Assembly (NCBI RefSeq): GCF_001194135.2
Contig: NC_068989.1
Location: 78,613,820 to 78,662,587, forward strand
Source: Octopus bimaculoides
Lineage: Eukaryota
DNA length: 48,768 nt
Direction: 5' to 3'
The notes beneath the pieces are model-generated. The model worked only from the letters and a program-made list of their open reading frames with translations. It was not told where the DNA came from and searched no databases. This document shows positions 1 through 13,597 of the stretch, one piece after another. Positions within the stretch are counted from its first letter, which is position 1, and each line of letters opens with the position of its first letter. The translations under genes were made by a program, and so were the position numbers.

Positions 1-51
<51 letters not shown>

Positions 52-247
52 TCTCCCTCGCCATCGATTGACAACCGATGCTGGTGTGTTTGTGTCCTAG
101 TAACTCAGTGACTTGGTAAAAGAGACCCATAGAATAAGTACTAGGCTTACAAAGAATAAGTCCTGGGGTCGATTTCTTCGACTAACACACTTTAAGGCGG
201 TACTCCAGCATGGCAGCAATCAAATGACTGAAACAAGTAAAAGAATA
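1..247 (+). mobile_element. tRNA-derived SINE family A, 3' half (central (GT)n plus 3' domain)
   Basis: After (GT)n comes ...gacaaccgatgctggtgtgttt...gaataagtactaggcttac...aaggcggtactccagcatgg...gactgaaacaagtaaaagaata, matching the 3' halves of the copies at 13388-13838, 36165-36640 and 45520-45915. Confidence 0.85.
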
Positions 248-346
248 TATACATGGTTATACATATGTACACATATATACTCATAATTATACACACACAT
301 GTACTTAAATATCCAGAAATACACCTATACATGAACATATATATAT

Positions 347-347
<1 letters not shown>

Positions 348-408
<61 letters not shown>
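348..408. repeat. (GT)n microsatellite
   Basis: Pure GT dinucleotide run. Confidence 0.98.
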
Positions 409-409
<1 letters not shown>

Positions 410-597
410 TTTCTGAGTGTTAGGGCAATTGTGTGTCTGTATGGTCATCGACACCTTCCCCTTTTTTCTCCGGTGTCACCAGTGTAAGGAAACTAGTTTA
501 CTGTTCTTTCACTTCTTGTCCCTCATTGAAATCTGTTTTCACTTCCTGTTTATCTATTTCATTTCTCACTGGCCGTTTGTCAGTCTTTTTATGTGTA

Positions 598-599
<2 letters not shown>

Positions 600-646
<47 letters not shown>

Positions 647-1090
647 ATGAGAGAGAGAGAGAGTGAGAGAGAGAGAATGAGAGAGAGACAATGAGAGAGA
701 GACAATGAGAGAGAGAGAATGAGAAGAGAGAGAATGAGAGACAGAGAATGAGAGACAGAGAATGAGAGACAGAGAATGAGAGACAGAATGAGAGAGAGTG
801 TGTGTGCGTGTGTGTCTGCGTGTGTGTATGTGAAAGAGAGAGAGGGAGAGTGTGTATGTACGTGTGTGTGTGTGTTCGTGTCTGTGTGTGTGTATGTGAA
901 GAAGAGAGAGAGTGAGTATCTGCGTGCGTGCGTGTATATGTGAGACAGAGAGAGAGAAAGAGAGATAGGAAGAGTGTATGTGTGTGTGCGCGAGTGTGTC
1001 AGAGAGAGTGTGTGTATATGTGGGTGTATGTGTGTATGTGTATGTGCGTATGTGTGTGTGTGTATGTGTATGTGTGTGTGTGTGTGTGAG
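600..1090. repeat. Compound (GA)n/(GT)n low-complexity tract with a 14-bp sub-period (GAATGAGAGACAGA)
   Basis: AATG recurs at 733, 747, 761 and 775; the tract is flanked by GA and GT dinucleotide runs. Confidence 0.95.
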
Positions 1091-1208
1091 TCACTCCGTC
1101 TTATCAATTTTTATTTCTCTTTTTTGTCTCTTCAATCTCTCGCCATTTTTTCTATTATGATACACTTTTAGTATCCTCTAGCTTTCCTTTGCGACAAACT
1201 TTGCTTTT

Positions 1209-1261
<53 letters not shown>

Positions 1262-2639
1262 TCTCTTCCTTTGTCCCTTATCTAATCGATCCTTTTCATC
1301 GCTATTCATCTTTTCCTTCTGTCTTCTTCTAACACTCCTATAATACTGTCAAGCTTTTGGTAGACGGAAGCTTTTGGCACAAGCTTCAAATAATGTAGAG
1401 CTGCTGATATTTTCACTGCTACACCTATCAGCCTCTAGATTGACACATCAACTGCTTGTTTTACTGATTTAAACGTTAAGTCGAATTCTGAGGAAGCGTG
1501 TTCAACTTATAACACAACAAAATGTATTTTCTCTTTTATGAGTAATTTGATTGGAATTATATTTCCATCCGTAAAGCAAAAGAAAACAGTGCTTCCTCAT
1601 TGCAAATATCTTGATTTGATTAGCAAATAAAATTCTCTCCAGTTAATTTGATTTGGTCATATTTACAGAACTCCTTGACTTTTACAGGAAGAAAGAGCTC
1701 CTTCAGTATCGTTGGAACCCAGGTGATTGATAATCACGGTCCTCATAGTACCCTCAACATGAATTCACTTTCAAAAGACAATAAATGAACCAAAAGGTTT
1801 CCAAAGCCATTTGTGAGGATGGTGACATCTTTTACATTAGACGATCAACGAAGGATGAAGGTCACTAAACATTGGCTCGATGATGTGAGATTGACAACAG
1901 ACGAACGGTTTCATACTAACCCCATCTGAAAATGTCATATAATGCATGCATCGATTGGAAGTACTGCAATTCAACAAATTTCATCAGATATGTTAGCAAA
2001 TATGCCATGATCCGATCTAGCACTGTAATGTCTGTGATGACGCAACGAATAGCCGCGATGAAGATAACCACTTCCAACAACGATAATCATACAAATATAC
2101 AATAGATTTGCAACTAAGTAAGTGGAAATAGTTCGCTTTCTCGCAGAATACTATAAATTCAACAGAACCTTCATTTCTACCGCCACAAAGACTTTAGTTT
2201 AAAAATTGTCCTCAATAATACTGCTGTGTAATTTATATCATTCGCATCAATGCAATAATACAAGATTAATTATCAAGAAATTTATGCCATATCATGGGCA
2301 TAAAAATATCTCACCGGATTCACTAGAGCAGAGATAGCCATTCCGCCCGAAATTTTACTCATACAAACGATTTACAAGACTTTAGTTTTCCAGAAAATCA
2401 AAGCTTTTCGATCTCAATCAGTAAATCGGAATACCAAAGTTTGACAATTGCCAGAATGCCTTTTAAAGAATGCTGCTTTGTTAATTAACAATTTATATAG
2501 GATACTCAAAGAGGTGGAAGTCTCCAGTCTTTTTATTCATGTTACTACTTGTGAAACATAAAACACTATATATACCGATGTTCTGCCATGAAGGAACTGA
2601 CGGCGATTTTCAGAATTTTCAAGGTTATAATCTATCGTT

Positions 2640-2985
2640 TATTTGGTTCGGTTATTAGACTGCGACTATGAAAAAATAACTTGGTACTTATTCTATCGAC
2701 CTCTTTTCCCCAACCACCAATTTATGGAGAGGTGAGCACTGCAGCACTGGTTGTCAAGCGGTGGGGGTAGGGGAGACAATACAGACACAAAGACACACAT
2801 ATAGACATGTATATATACATATATACGACAGGCTCCTTTCAGTTTACGCCTACCAAGTCCACTCACAAGGCTTCGGTCAGCCCGAGGCTATAGTAGAAGA
2901 CACTTACCGAAGGTGCCTTGCAGAGGGACTGAACCCAGAACCACGTGGCTGGGAAGCATACTCTTTACCACACGGCCATATCTGT
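2640..2985 (-). mobile_element. SINE family A copy (diverged)
   Basis: Reverse complement of the family A head (tggccgtgtggtaaagagtatgcttcccagccacgtggttctgggttcagtccc), the CORE-like ccttcggtaagtgtcttctactatagcc block, a central microsatellite and the 3' domain. Confidence 0.8.
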
Positions 2986-3129
2986 ATACAGATATCTGTA
3001 TCATAAAAGTTGGAACTCAATGCAAAGTTTTATATAATTTCTATATCACTTAAGTGTTGCACGAGAAATACAAGCGAAATCTGATAGTATCATATTCTTT
3101 TAGCTGCAAGAGAAATCCACTAGTATCAT

Positions 3130-3560
3130 ATTCTTTTCTACTCTAAGCACAAGGCCCGAAATTTTGGGGGAGGGGGCCAGTCGATAAGATCGCCTCCAGT
3201 ATGTAACTGGTAATTAATTTATCGACCCCGAAAGGATGAAAGTCAAAGTCGACCTGGGCGGAATTTGAACTCAGAACTCAAGAGAGACGAAATACCGCTA
3301 AGCATTTCGCCCGGCATGCAAACGTTTCTTATGTCTTTATTGCCCACAAGGGGCTAAGCATAGAAGAGACAAACAAGGACAGACAAAGGGATTAAGTCGA
3401 TTGCATCGACCCCAGTGCGTAACTGGTACTTAATTTATCGACCTCGAAAGGATGAAAGGCACAGTCAACCTCGGCCGAATTTGAACTCAGAACGTAACGG
3501 CAGTCGAAATACCGCTAAGCACTTCGCCCGGCGTGCTAACGTTTCTGCTAGCTTACCACT
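3130..3560 (-). mobile_element. SINE family B dimer: tailed variant nested in a standard copy
   Basis: Two tandem copies of the gagttcaaattc...cctttcggggtcgat...gtaccag body. The junction at 3324-3357 reads tagccccttgtgggcaataaagacataa|gaaacgtt on the minus strand. Confidence 0.9.
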
Positions 3561-4598
3561 TTCCAACAGAATCATATTAAAATGAATATACCTTCGTTAA
3601 GTACAAATCTGATCTATTTATAATTCCCTTTCAAATTGAGTAACGCCGGGTATTCTTCGGGTATTCTTGTTAAAAACTAAGTGCACCGCATTTAAGTGGT
3701 CATTACAGAACAAGTGTAGGAAGAATATAGAGAGCGAGAACAAGAACGAGAACGAGAAAGAGAGAAAGGTAATACAGTCTTTTCTAAAACTCCCTCAGAA
3801 CTTATGTAAGATCTTATAAATCTCAGAAATATTGATCTTTCTGTATCAAAAAGAAAATATACAAAGACGTTAAAGAATAAAAACAGAAACCAATTTCCTA
3901 AATGGTGTTTCTTCCATGTAAGTTCAGAGTATTCTGTCTGTTATCTTTCACTCTCATTCTCTCTGCCAACTCTCTCTCTCTCTCTCTCCTTCTCTCTTTC
4001 TTTCTTTGTCTCTTCCTCCTTTTGCTTCTGTATATGATTTGATGATAGAAGGAGGCTAAATAGCATTGGGAATATCAAGGAGACTCTATTCGTAGACCGT
4101 TTCAAAGACAGGATATGTTTATGACGTCATATATGTTTTATGACAATGATACCGTTACTCATGCTATAAATATGTTCAGCTAATCTTTATAATTTGTTGG
4201 AGAGGTTTTTACATTTAGTGACCGTGTGTCCAATCAGTTGAAAAAGAAAAACGAACAGACTTCCGATATTACATATATATATATATGAAAAAACAACTAC
4301 TTTTAAATCTCTGATTGAGATTTATGTAGTAACAGATCTGAATACTAAAGTTTATTTGCCAACTTAACGTGGCAATCCTGAATAGGAAAATGTTACTACT
4401 TTCTAACCCCAGGAAAACATCTTTACCAGCTGGTTTATCGACACATGATCTGTGTCCCAGACAAAGTGTAAGCAAGGGAGCTCTCTGCTCCCTTCTAGCC
4501 GTTGGTTTCTGGCCGTTGGTTCCCTCCTTCGGTACTGGACAACCGCCTGGCTAGAGACAGCAGTCAGCCGATCTTATTCACTGTATATACTTTTCAAA

Positions 4599-4698
4599 NN
4601 NNNNNNNNNNNNNNNNNNNNNNNNNNNNNNNNNNNNNNNNNNNNNNNNNNNNNNNNNNNNNNNNNNNNNNNNNNNNNNNNNNNNNNNNNNNNNNNNNN
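4599..4698. other. Assembly gap (100 N)
   Basis: N-run; (TA)n on its right. Confidence 1.
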
Positions 4699-4740
4699 TA
4701 TATACATATATATATATATGCATATATATATATAGCGTGT

Positions 4741-4874
4741 GTGCACGCGCCTGTGTGTGTGGACGCGCCTGTGTGTGCACGCGCCTGTGTGTGCACGCGC
4801 CTGTGTGTGCACGCGCCTGTGTGTGCACGCGCCTGTGTGTGCACGCGCCTGTGTGTGCACGCGCCTGTGTGTGC
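4741..4874. repeat. 16-bp minisatellite (GCACGCGCCTGTGTGT), about 8 copies
   Basis: Units start at 4743, 4761 (variant), 4777, 4793, 4809, 4825, 4841 and 4857. Confidence 0.95.
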
Positions 4875-5019
4875 CATTGACAACGTCTATATGTATTTAC
4901 ACACACATGAAGCAGTAACAAATATTATATAAGCTCAGGAGAAGACAAACAAATATGAATATATGCCGTGAATACGTATTTGTGTGTATATTTATGTGTG
5001 TGCATAAACGTATGTTTTA

Positions 5020-5204
5020 CGTGTACATATGTATGATTTTCGTGTCTTAGTAGTTAGATATATATTTCACAACATGTGTCATACTGTGCAGTAGTGACAC
5101 ATAGTGTGCCAAATATCTTATGAAAGTAAATTGAAACGCATATATCGTTTTATTAAATGTCTCTTGTGCGTGTATATACGTATAATTTTCGTCTGCTTAG
5201 TGGT

Positions 5205-5235
<31 letters not shown>

Positions 5236-5335
5236 CAACGCGTCTCAAACTGTGCAGCATTGAGACGCAGTGTGCCAAATATTTTATGTCCGTAAACTAA
5301 AACGCATATATCGTTTTAATAAATAGATTCTGCAT
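5020..5335. repeat. ~165-bp tandem duplication, each unit carrying a 9-bp hairpin
   Basis: Both units read ...ttttcgt..cttagt.gtta.atat...acaac-[hairpin]-agtgtgccaaatat.ttatg...aaacgcatatatcgtttta.taaat; hairpins lie at 5074-5102 and 5240-5268. Confidence 0.85.
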
Positions 5336-5789
5336 TCTTAAGTGATATATCTAAATGGTAGTGTATCATGTTTAGAGATTCACAGCAAGAAAATCGATTT
5401 GGTTCCTCCACACCATCAAAGTATTACGTATAGTTTCTTCACTAGTGTTACTAGACTGTCACTGATCAGAAATGTTTTTGCATTCTATAAATACGTGCCA
5501 TGAATAGATAGTTTTAGTCGCTCGATGTAAGCAACAATGTCACAGTAAGATTGAATGTTTTCGTAGTTTACTGCGTCAAGCTTGGAGCGAACTTTTGTCT
5601 GTAATCTAAGCAAAATTTTTCAGGCGTGACTCTTCCACTGAATATGTTATGTCATGTTGCTAATGATGTTCTTGTTTAGACCTGCGTCTTTATCATCAAT
5701 TGTGTCATATATTTAACATGAACAATAGAGAGATAGATCGCTATGAAACGTTTAGCTACTAATTTGGACAGGACAAACAACCACATCGT

Positions 5790-6145
5790 CGAAACACCAT
5801 CTGTGAGTTATCAGAGGATGTGCAGATTAGTTACGGTTCAGTTCGGCCCATTATCACTGAAGATTTGGGTATGAGACGCCAAAACTACTTTTGACTGATC
5901 AAAATGACCCTCGGGTTTCAGTTGCAGAAATTCTCCTTGATTGTGTTGAAAACGATGAAACCGTTTTGAAAACTTTACGTAGGCCTCTGAGCAGGAATCG
6001 CCAAGCTTTTGGCAAAATTTCAAGCAGATTCACTGCTCAACTTTCTGTGTCATGGTCAATGTGACGATCACACACGTTACACACGTTCCTTGCAAGTACT
6101 GCTGTAAACAGCGGAGTGAGTTAGAACGTTAAAACTCAGACCACG
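5790..6145 (+). mobile_element. Mariner transposase fragment with putative right TIR end
   Basis: Translates to TICELSEDVQISYGSVRPIITEDLGMR and, after a frameshift, LTDQNDPRVSVAEILLDCVENDETVLKT, matching the mariner HTH-to-linker region. It ends in cagaccacg|TA, a TIR-like end plus TA target. Confidence 0.7.
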
Positions 6146-6147
6146 TA

Positions 6148-6374
<227 letters not shown>

Positions 6375-6380
6375 AAAAAT

Positions 6381-6430
6381 ACCCTGTTGTTGATGTTGAA
6401 ATTCCAATGAAGGAACCTTGGATCTGGGTG
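6381..6430 (-). repeat. Short interspersed repeat end joined to (GTAT)n; second copy at ~42085-42135 (+)
   Basis: Minus-strand cccagatccaaggttccttcattggaatttcaacatcaacaacaggg aligns to cctagattcaggactccttcatcggaatttcaacatcaacaaggg. Confidence 0.7.
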
Positions 6431-7027
6431 AGCATGCTTATACAATTTTCGTGTCTGCAGCTATAAAATAACAGCGATTAATAAATCAGTGTTGCCGCAA
6501 ACAACACCTAACAGGACTTTATTTTTCTATATCAGTAGACAAGAAATATTCCTGAGTATGCGGTTTTATGAAGCACAACAGCTGAATTACCTAAGAGCCA
6601 GAGGCGAAATACAATATATCTTGTCGAACAAGCGATTATATATCAAATATCATATATACATATATATATGTATGTATGTATGCATGTGTGCGTGTGTCTC
6701 TGTATGTATGTGCGTATGTGTATCTGTGTGTATGTATGCATGTATGTGTGTGCATTTGCATGTATGTTTGTATGTATGTTTATGTGTATCTGTATGTATG
6801 TATGTATGTATGTATGTATAAAGCGAGTTGGCAGAATATTTAGAACTGAAGATAAAATAGTTGACGTCATTTCCTCCATCTTTACGTCCCGAGGTCAAAT
6901 ATCGCTGAGGTCGAATTTGCCCCTTATTCTTGCGCGGTCGTTAAATATTACCGGGCTCACCCCTAAATTCGACGTAATCGACTAGAGCCCACGTCCCAGA
7001 TTTCAGATGTGTGTCTATAGTAGAACG

Positions 7028-7063
<36 letters not shown>

Positions 7064-8375
7064 TAAAATTGATGGCAATGATATGACAAGGGTTCCATGC
7101 CAGGAGATGCGTGCGAAGAGGAGGAGACACAGGTGGTAAGGTCACCTTTTTAACGACTCATCGACCAACGGATCACTCTTTCAACAGTGAAGTTGTCATC
7201 CATGCAGATAGATTCCACTAATTAAGTAGCTTGGCAAAGTGAGATTCGCTTCTCAGCGTACGCCTTTTCATGTTCTTGCCAGCTCAACAATATCCCATCT
7301 TGTAAAATAGAAAACTTGCCAAGACATATATATGTTTGAGTGTTTGTGTGTGTGTATATATATATATATATACTAATACGTATATATACACACGCGTATA
7401 TAGATACAAATTTATAAATACATATATATACACATAAATATATATACGTGTGTGTAAATGTATATACATATATATGCGTACATATAAATGTATGTGTCCA
7501 TACATTTATATACAATATGTACATATATTATCTATATATACATACACACATATATATAGACGTATATATTTACATACAAATATATGCGTGTGTGTGTGTC
7601 TGTGTGTGTGTGCGTGTGTGTGTGTAGCTTTGAAGCTCAGTACTTCTTATGACAAATTCTAAATGTATGAATGTAAAAGTAGATTTCCAAGTGAAAGTTA
7701 TAACTTAGATTGAGTTCTTTGAATCAATTTTCTTTTTTTTTTATCTCACTTTCTTTCATTTTACTTTCATTTTTTTTTATTCATGTTTTCCCTCTTCTCT
7801 CTCTCTTTCTCACTAAACAATCTATCGCTGTGGCACCATAACTAATGAAATGAAATATCGATCTTTCTTATGATATAAAGTATAAGATTAACAAACTAAG
7901 AGAAGAAATATATATCTCTTCGTGTCCAGACCAGAGATGTAATCTGGCCTTCAAACAACTGTTCTTTAATACGTTATGTGTTGTACAAGATTTATTCGTT
8001 GAATAAAGTTGGTGAATTGGAGCTTACCTAAGTTAAAGAGGGCTGCAAGAGGAAATGTTAGTCTATCTCTATCTGCCTCATAAACCTTTTAACTTAATTA
8101 TTCTATTAATATTCCTTTATGGTGAGAATATTGAGAATAGCAGGCTCTCTAGATTACCGAACGAACCGACTTTTAGGATTTACTTTCATATCCTTTCCAC
8201 TTTCTTTATTTAAATACCGCTATTGGAATCAATTTCACCTTTTATCATTTAAATTTCGATAATACTCCTTTGTAGTTCGCTAGTTGAATCAGCCCTTTGT
8301 AGTTCGTTAAAATGATAAACACAGTTTTATATGTCTGTCTATCTATCTATCTATCTAAATAAATGTGTGTGTGTG

Positions 8376-9249
8376 NNNNNNNNNNNNNNNNNNNNNNNNN
8401 NNNNNNNNNNNNNNNNNNNNNNNNNNNNNNNNNNNNNNNNNNNNNNNNNNNNNNNNNNNNNNNNNNNNNNNNNNNNNNNNNNNNNNNNNNNNNNNNNNNN
8501 NNNNNNNNNNNNNNNNNNNNNNNNNNNNNNNNNNNNNNNNNNNNNNNNNNNNNNNNNNNNNNNNNNNNNNNNNNNNNNNNNNNNNNNNNNNNNNNNNNNN
8601 NNNNNNNNNNNNNNNNNNNNNNNNNNNNNNNNNNNNNNNNNNNNNNNNNNNNNNNNNNNNNNNNNNNNNNNNNNNNNNNNNNNNNNNNNNNNNNNNNNNN
8701 NNNNNNNNNNNNNNNNNNNNNNNNNNNNNNNNNNNNNNNNNNNNNNNNNNNNNNNNNNNNNNNNNNNNNNNNNNNNNNNNNNNNNNNNNNNNNNNNNNNN
8801 NNNNNNNNNNNNNNNNNNNNNNNNNNNNNNNNNNNNNNNNNNNNNNNNNNNNNNNNNNNNNNNNNNNNNNNNNNNNNNNNNNNNNNNNNNNNNNNNNNNN
8901 NNNNNNNNNNNNNNNNNNNNNNNNNNNNNNNNNNNNNNNNNNNNNNNNNNNNNNNNNNNNNNNNNNNNNNNNNNNNNNNNNNNNNNNNNNNNNNNNNNNN
9001 NNNNNNNNNNNNNNNNNNNNNNNNNNNNNNNNNNNNNNNNNNNNNNNNNNNNNNNNNNNNNNNNNNNNNNNNNNNNNNNNNNNNNNNNNNNNNNNNNNNN
9101 NNNNNNNNNNNNNNNNNNNNNNNNNNNNNNNNNNNNNNNNNNNNNNNNNNNNNNNNNNNNNNNNNNNNNNNNNNNNNNNNNNNNNNNNNNNNNNNNNNNN
9201 NNNNNNNNNNNNNNNNNNNNNNNNNNNNNNNNNNNNNNNNNNNNNNNNN
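8376..9249. other. Assembly gap (874 N)
   Basis: N-run after (GT)n. Confidence 1.
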
Positions 9250-9928
9250 ACTTTGAAACTTGGGACACTGGTAGAATGTGTCATATAAAACATCTTTTTC
9301 TCTTAGTCTTCTTAAGAAAAATTATTATATTGCAACTTATTTCATGTTAAAGTTGTCGTATTTCTGTAATTTCAACCAATGACTGACGTCCATTCAGCCT
9401 AATACAGTAAGTGCTGACTACGTAAACAAACGATTCTCAAACGATTCTGGCGGTGATAAAATTATTATTTCCTTGTCAAAAAATGGCTGAAGCATATTGG
9501 TAGTAGCTAATAAACCTTTCTATTATAGGCACAAGGCCTGGATTTGAGGGAAGGGTTAGGGTTAGGGCAAATGTTGTACACATACAGTTCAGGCAGATGC
9601 TAACGAAATTATATTAAATATAAAACGAAGGAAAACGAACACACGTGTGTTGCCTCTCTGCAAAATGTCAGAAGTAATGGAGATTAAATACGCTTTACAC
9701 CGCTTAAACTGCCAAAGGAGTAACTGTAAACAGCTAAATACTTGTCAGTGATTGGTTGAAATTATCGAAATAAGACAATTTTTTACATGAAATAACTTCG
9801 AATACAAAATTTTTTTTCTGTTCTATAACACAAAATAGATAAGTATACGAAGTTTGAAAGTCTTTCGGTACCAAAAACACTACATAAAACATAAATGAAA
9901 ACTGGTGCCCCCGTTTTGAACTAGATCC
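9250..9928 (+). mobile_element. Unclassified ~700-bp element with subterminal inverted repeats and a TTAGGG core (left end lost in gap)
   Basis: Reverse-complement match to 15124-15824 along both arms; internal inverted repeat at 9352-9387/9744-9778; GGGTTAGGGTTAGGG at 9553-9567; ends in TAGATCC. Confidence 0.8.
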
Positions 9929-10906
9929 GAAATAACGTCAAGAATTCATTCGTTGTAAAGGTGAACTCCAGATAAGCAGAATCTGCCATCCGGTTTCGAT
10001 TCTCGTGGATGCTATTTTTAATTTTTGTTAAATTGTCTTTGGTTGTGGAAGTGATATTTTTAACCCCAGATTAGCTCTGATCTTGCAGTTCTACCATCTC
10101 AAAGTGTTCCATCCATGACCATCCACTGCTATTTTCAGGCAATGTTTTCAGGATTACAATATCGAATTTGTCCTCCTTTTCTAAAGATGGTAAGATGCGA
10201 CTTGGAGATATGTGGCTGCAATCAGATCAACTGACCACACACAGAATTTTCCTATATATGATCGTTTGACGTAATAGAAAGGTCAAGCAATGACGTACAG
10301 AAATTATGGAGAAACATTTTTACATTAATACCTGAATAAGACTCGGTAAATATTACAATTTCTCATATCTTACTGCCTTCTTTTAATGATATAGTCAAAA
10401 GACAAGCACATATGAATTCTTATATATTGATTCTGTCTTCATAAAATGTGTGTAACGCTAAGGGAATGACACAAACATTGTAAAATCCTATTTATCTTTC
10501 TTATAATTTTGAGTTCTTACACCTCAACAAAAAAGAACTTGTTATATATTTATTTTTGAGTAGTAAGTTCTATAATGCATTGAGTTACATGAATTCTTTC
10601 TTTGTTTTGGGTTTTTTACATGGCACTCCATTGTCGTATGTCTAAAAAATAAGTAAAATTTATTCAAATTTCACAAACAAGGGAACAAAAGTTGTAGAGG
10701 AAGAACAGAGCTACAAAAATACATAAAACAACGCGACAAAAATCATTTTCCATGTTAATTCAAATAACATTGGAAAGAAATAAAATAAGTGGGGAGAAAG
10801 GGAAAGATCTTATCTAACTACCCAATAAAAACGAAAGTTTCGGTCTACCAAAATCCGATTTGAGATCACTTTAATGCTAATTCTCTTTCTTTAACAAAAT
10901 ATTATA

Positions 10907-12157
10907 TTGGCTTAACAAGAAAGTAATTTCGTTTTTCGCAGATAGAGTTACGATTTTGTTTTAATGACTTTTGTCAATGTTATGTTTTTTTTTGCTTTTG
11001 ACATTTGATAGCCGTTACTTTTAGCTTACTTTAGAAGAAAATTGCGCGTAATTTTGTTTACAGCTGTGAGTTCAGTGTAAAAAAGAACGAACGTTTTCGC
11101 CATATTTTGCTCTTTTCTTTCCGCAAAAGCCAGAAAGTTGTTGAGATATGTGGAGTTTATGGTGTCGATTGCTTAACAGAACGCACATGTCAGAAATAGG
11201 TTTAAAAGTTCCGTTCAGGAGATTTTTCATTCAAAGATGTCCAACGTACTGGTCGACCTACTGAAGTTGATGATGACCGAATCAAAGCTCATAATTGAAT
11301 CTGATTGTCATATGACTGAGCGAGAGCTTGCAGAGAGGTTAAATGCATCACACACATCAAATGAAATCACTTAAAATTTCTTAGACTCGTTAAGAAACTC
11401 GATATTTTGGTCCCACATAAATTGAAAGAGATTCACTTAACACAACGAATCAATACTTGCGATATGCATCTCAAATGCAATGAAATGAACCTGTTTTTTG
11501 AAACAAATCATCACTAGTGATAAAAAATGGATTGTCTATAATAACATCAATCTAAAACGATCATGGTCCAAGCGTAATGAATCAGCACAAACCACATCGA
11601 AAGCTGAATTGCATAAAAAAAGGTCATGCTGTCAATTTGGTAGGATTACCAAGGTGTTGTATATTTTGAGCCGCTTCCGAGGAACTAAACAATCAGTAAA
11701 GATGTTTACTGTCAACAACTAATGAAACTGAAGGAAATAATAAAAGAAAAACGGCCAGAATTGGCAAATCGTAAAGGAATTGTGTTCCACTATGACAACG
11801 CTAGACCACACACGTCTTTGCTAACTCGTGAAAAATTATTGGAGTTTGGTTGGGAAGTGATGTCACATCCACCATATAGCCCTGACCTTGCACCATCAGA
11901 TTATTATTTATTTCGAAGTTTGCAAAATTCTTTGCAAAATTCAATAATGATAATGACCTGAAATTGCACTTGCTTCAGTTTTGGGGTGACAAGGATCAAG
12001 TTCTATAAGTGCGGAATCAGGAACTTACCAGAAAGATGGCAAAAGGTCATCGAACAAAATAGAAAATATATAATTGATTAAAGTTCATTCTTTGTTTGAA
12101 AAAACAATGACTTTTATTCCACACTAAAAAACTGAAATTACTTTCTCGTCAATCCAA
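10907..12157 (+). mobile_element. Full-length decayed mariner DNA transposon (~1.25 kb)
   Basis: Imperfect TIRs TTGGCTTAACAAGAAAGTAATTTCG and, as reverse complement of the right end, TTGGATTGACGAGAAAGTAATTTCA; TA duplications at 10905-10906 and 12158-12159; transposase remnant inside. Confidence 0.93.
11065..12081 (+). pseudogene. Mariner DD34D transposase pseudogene (stops and frameshifts)
   Basis: Motifs RFRHILLF (N-terminus), LVPHKL (WVPHEL), ITSDKKWIVY (first D), FHYDNARPH (second D), PPYSPDLAPSDYYLF (third D) and the C-terminal WQKVIEQNRKYIID*. Confidence 0.93.
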
Positions 12158-13387
12158 TAAATTCTTATATCACTTCCCTTTCAAAAATTTAAAGGTTTGT
12201 ATCTCAGGAAAAAAAGAACTCATTACTAATTTGTCGGTGTGTGGCGTGTTCCTCCAAAATCTGTGAACTGGTTTCGACTCTCTTTTAAAACTAATTCATT
12301 TTCCTTAACCACGATTCCTCTTGCAAACAACGAAAACAATGTAATATCTAATTTCGAATCTCTGTATAAATCTAGAAGTCTTGCGCTTAATCATTGTATC
12401 AATATAACATTTCTGCATTTCTCTATACAAAAAATTAAGCAAAGTACATTAAAGCAAAAATTACTCATATTTTATGAAATATGATATTACTGCAAGAAAT
12501 ATTCGATCAATTTTACATATATTTCGACAGCCGTAAATATAATTGATGTTATCAAGTCTATGAATAATAACGACCTGACAGATAGTTATTATTTTATACT
12601 TCTGTTTTGTTTTATTTTTCTGTTTTTATTTATTTATTTTGTTTTGTAGTTTGGGTTAATTTTTTTTATTTTCATTTCAAATTAAGATTAAAATAATCAT
12701 CGTTGCTTTGAAGTGGCATTAGTAAAAAAATCTTTCACTCTATCTGGCATTCACTGAATTTCAGCTTCGTGTAGACATTATTTCTTGAAAATATTTAACA
12801 TAAATCTGTTGTAGAAGAAATGGTATAAATGGTACAGTACCAGACTAGTATTTTCTCTTTTTCCTTTAAATATTCCAGAATCAAATTACTTTTGAGCCGA
12901 TTCAGACACATAAAACAAATAAGTCATATATTGAAGACTGACTCAAACGACTATATCCCAACCCAACTCTTCTATAAATGTGTTGTCCTTTTTAAAGTAA
13001 CCAATGAATATTTTAAAAATTATTTCAGATTTTTAAATTTGGCCAGAATATATATATATTCTACAAATAACGATGTGGTTCAATTAGACGCAAACTAACC
13101 CTTTCTAGGATCCCAGAGATTCAGAAAGTCCAAGCCTAAGTTTGGCTTCTCTAGCAATAAAAGAAAATAAAAGATACAGCTTCTGGTAGTAAAACTGCTA
13201 GTCTCCAGCGACGTACTTAGAAAAAATACTTTCTTTGCTATTCTCCATTTCCAGTGAAATAACAGTAAGTGAAATAATAGTTTCAGTCGTTATAAGGTGC
13301 TTACTAGATAATTATATTATATTGATTTCTGATTTTTTTTTCCTATCTGCTATAAGTACAAGCCCAGAATTGTGGGGGAAGGGGCTC

Positions 13388-13544
13388 TTTGTAAGAAGCT
13401 TACTTCCCAACCATATTGTTCTGGATTCAGTCCCACTTCGTGGCACCTTGGACAAGTGTCTTCTGCAATGACATCAGGCCGACCAAAGCCTTGTGAGTGG
13501 ATTTGGTCGGCAGAAACTGAAAGAAATCCGTCGTATATATACTA

Positions 13545-13597
<53 letters not shown>

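Noticed and set aside
417-1171. ORFs rich in HT, CV, ER or LS dipeptides here and throughout the window, and long ORFs spanning N-gaps
   Set aside because: They are translations of microsatellites or of N-runs, which cannot contain stops; no coding evidence.
1688-1722. 35-nt candidate exon (ttttacAG|GAAGAAAGAG...AACCCAG|GTGATT, reading KKELLQYRWNP)
   Set aside because: The donor is weaker, the peptide is unrecognised, and several alternative acceptors and frames fit equally well.
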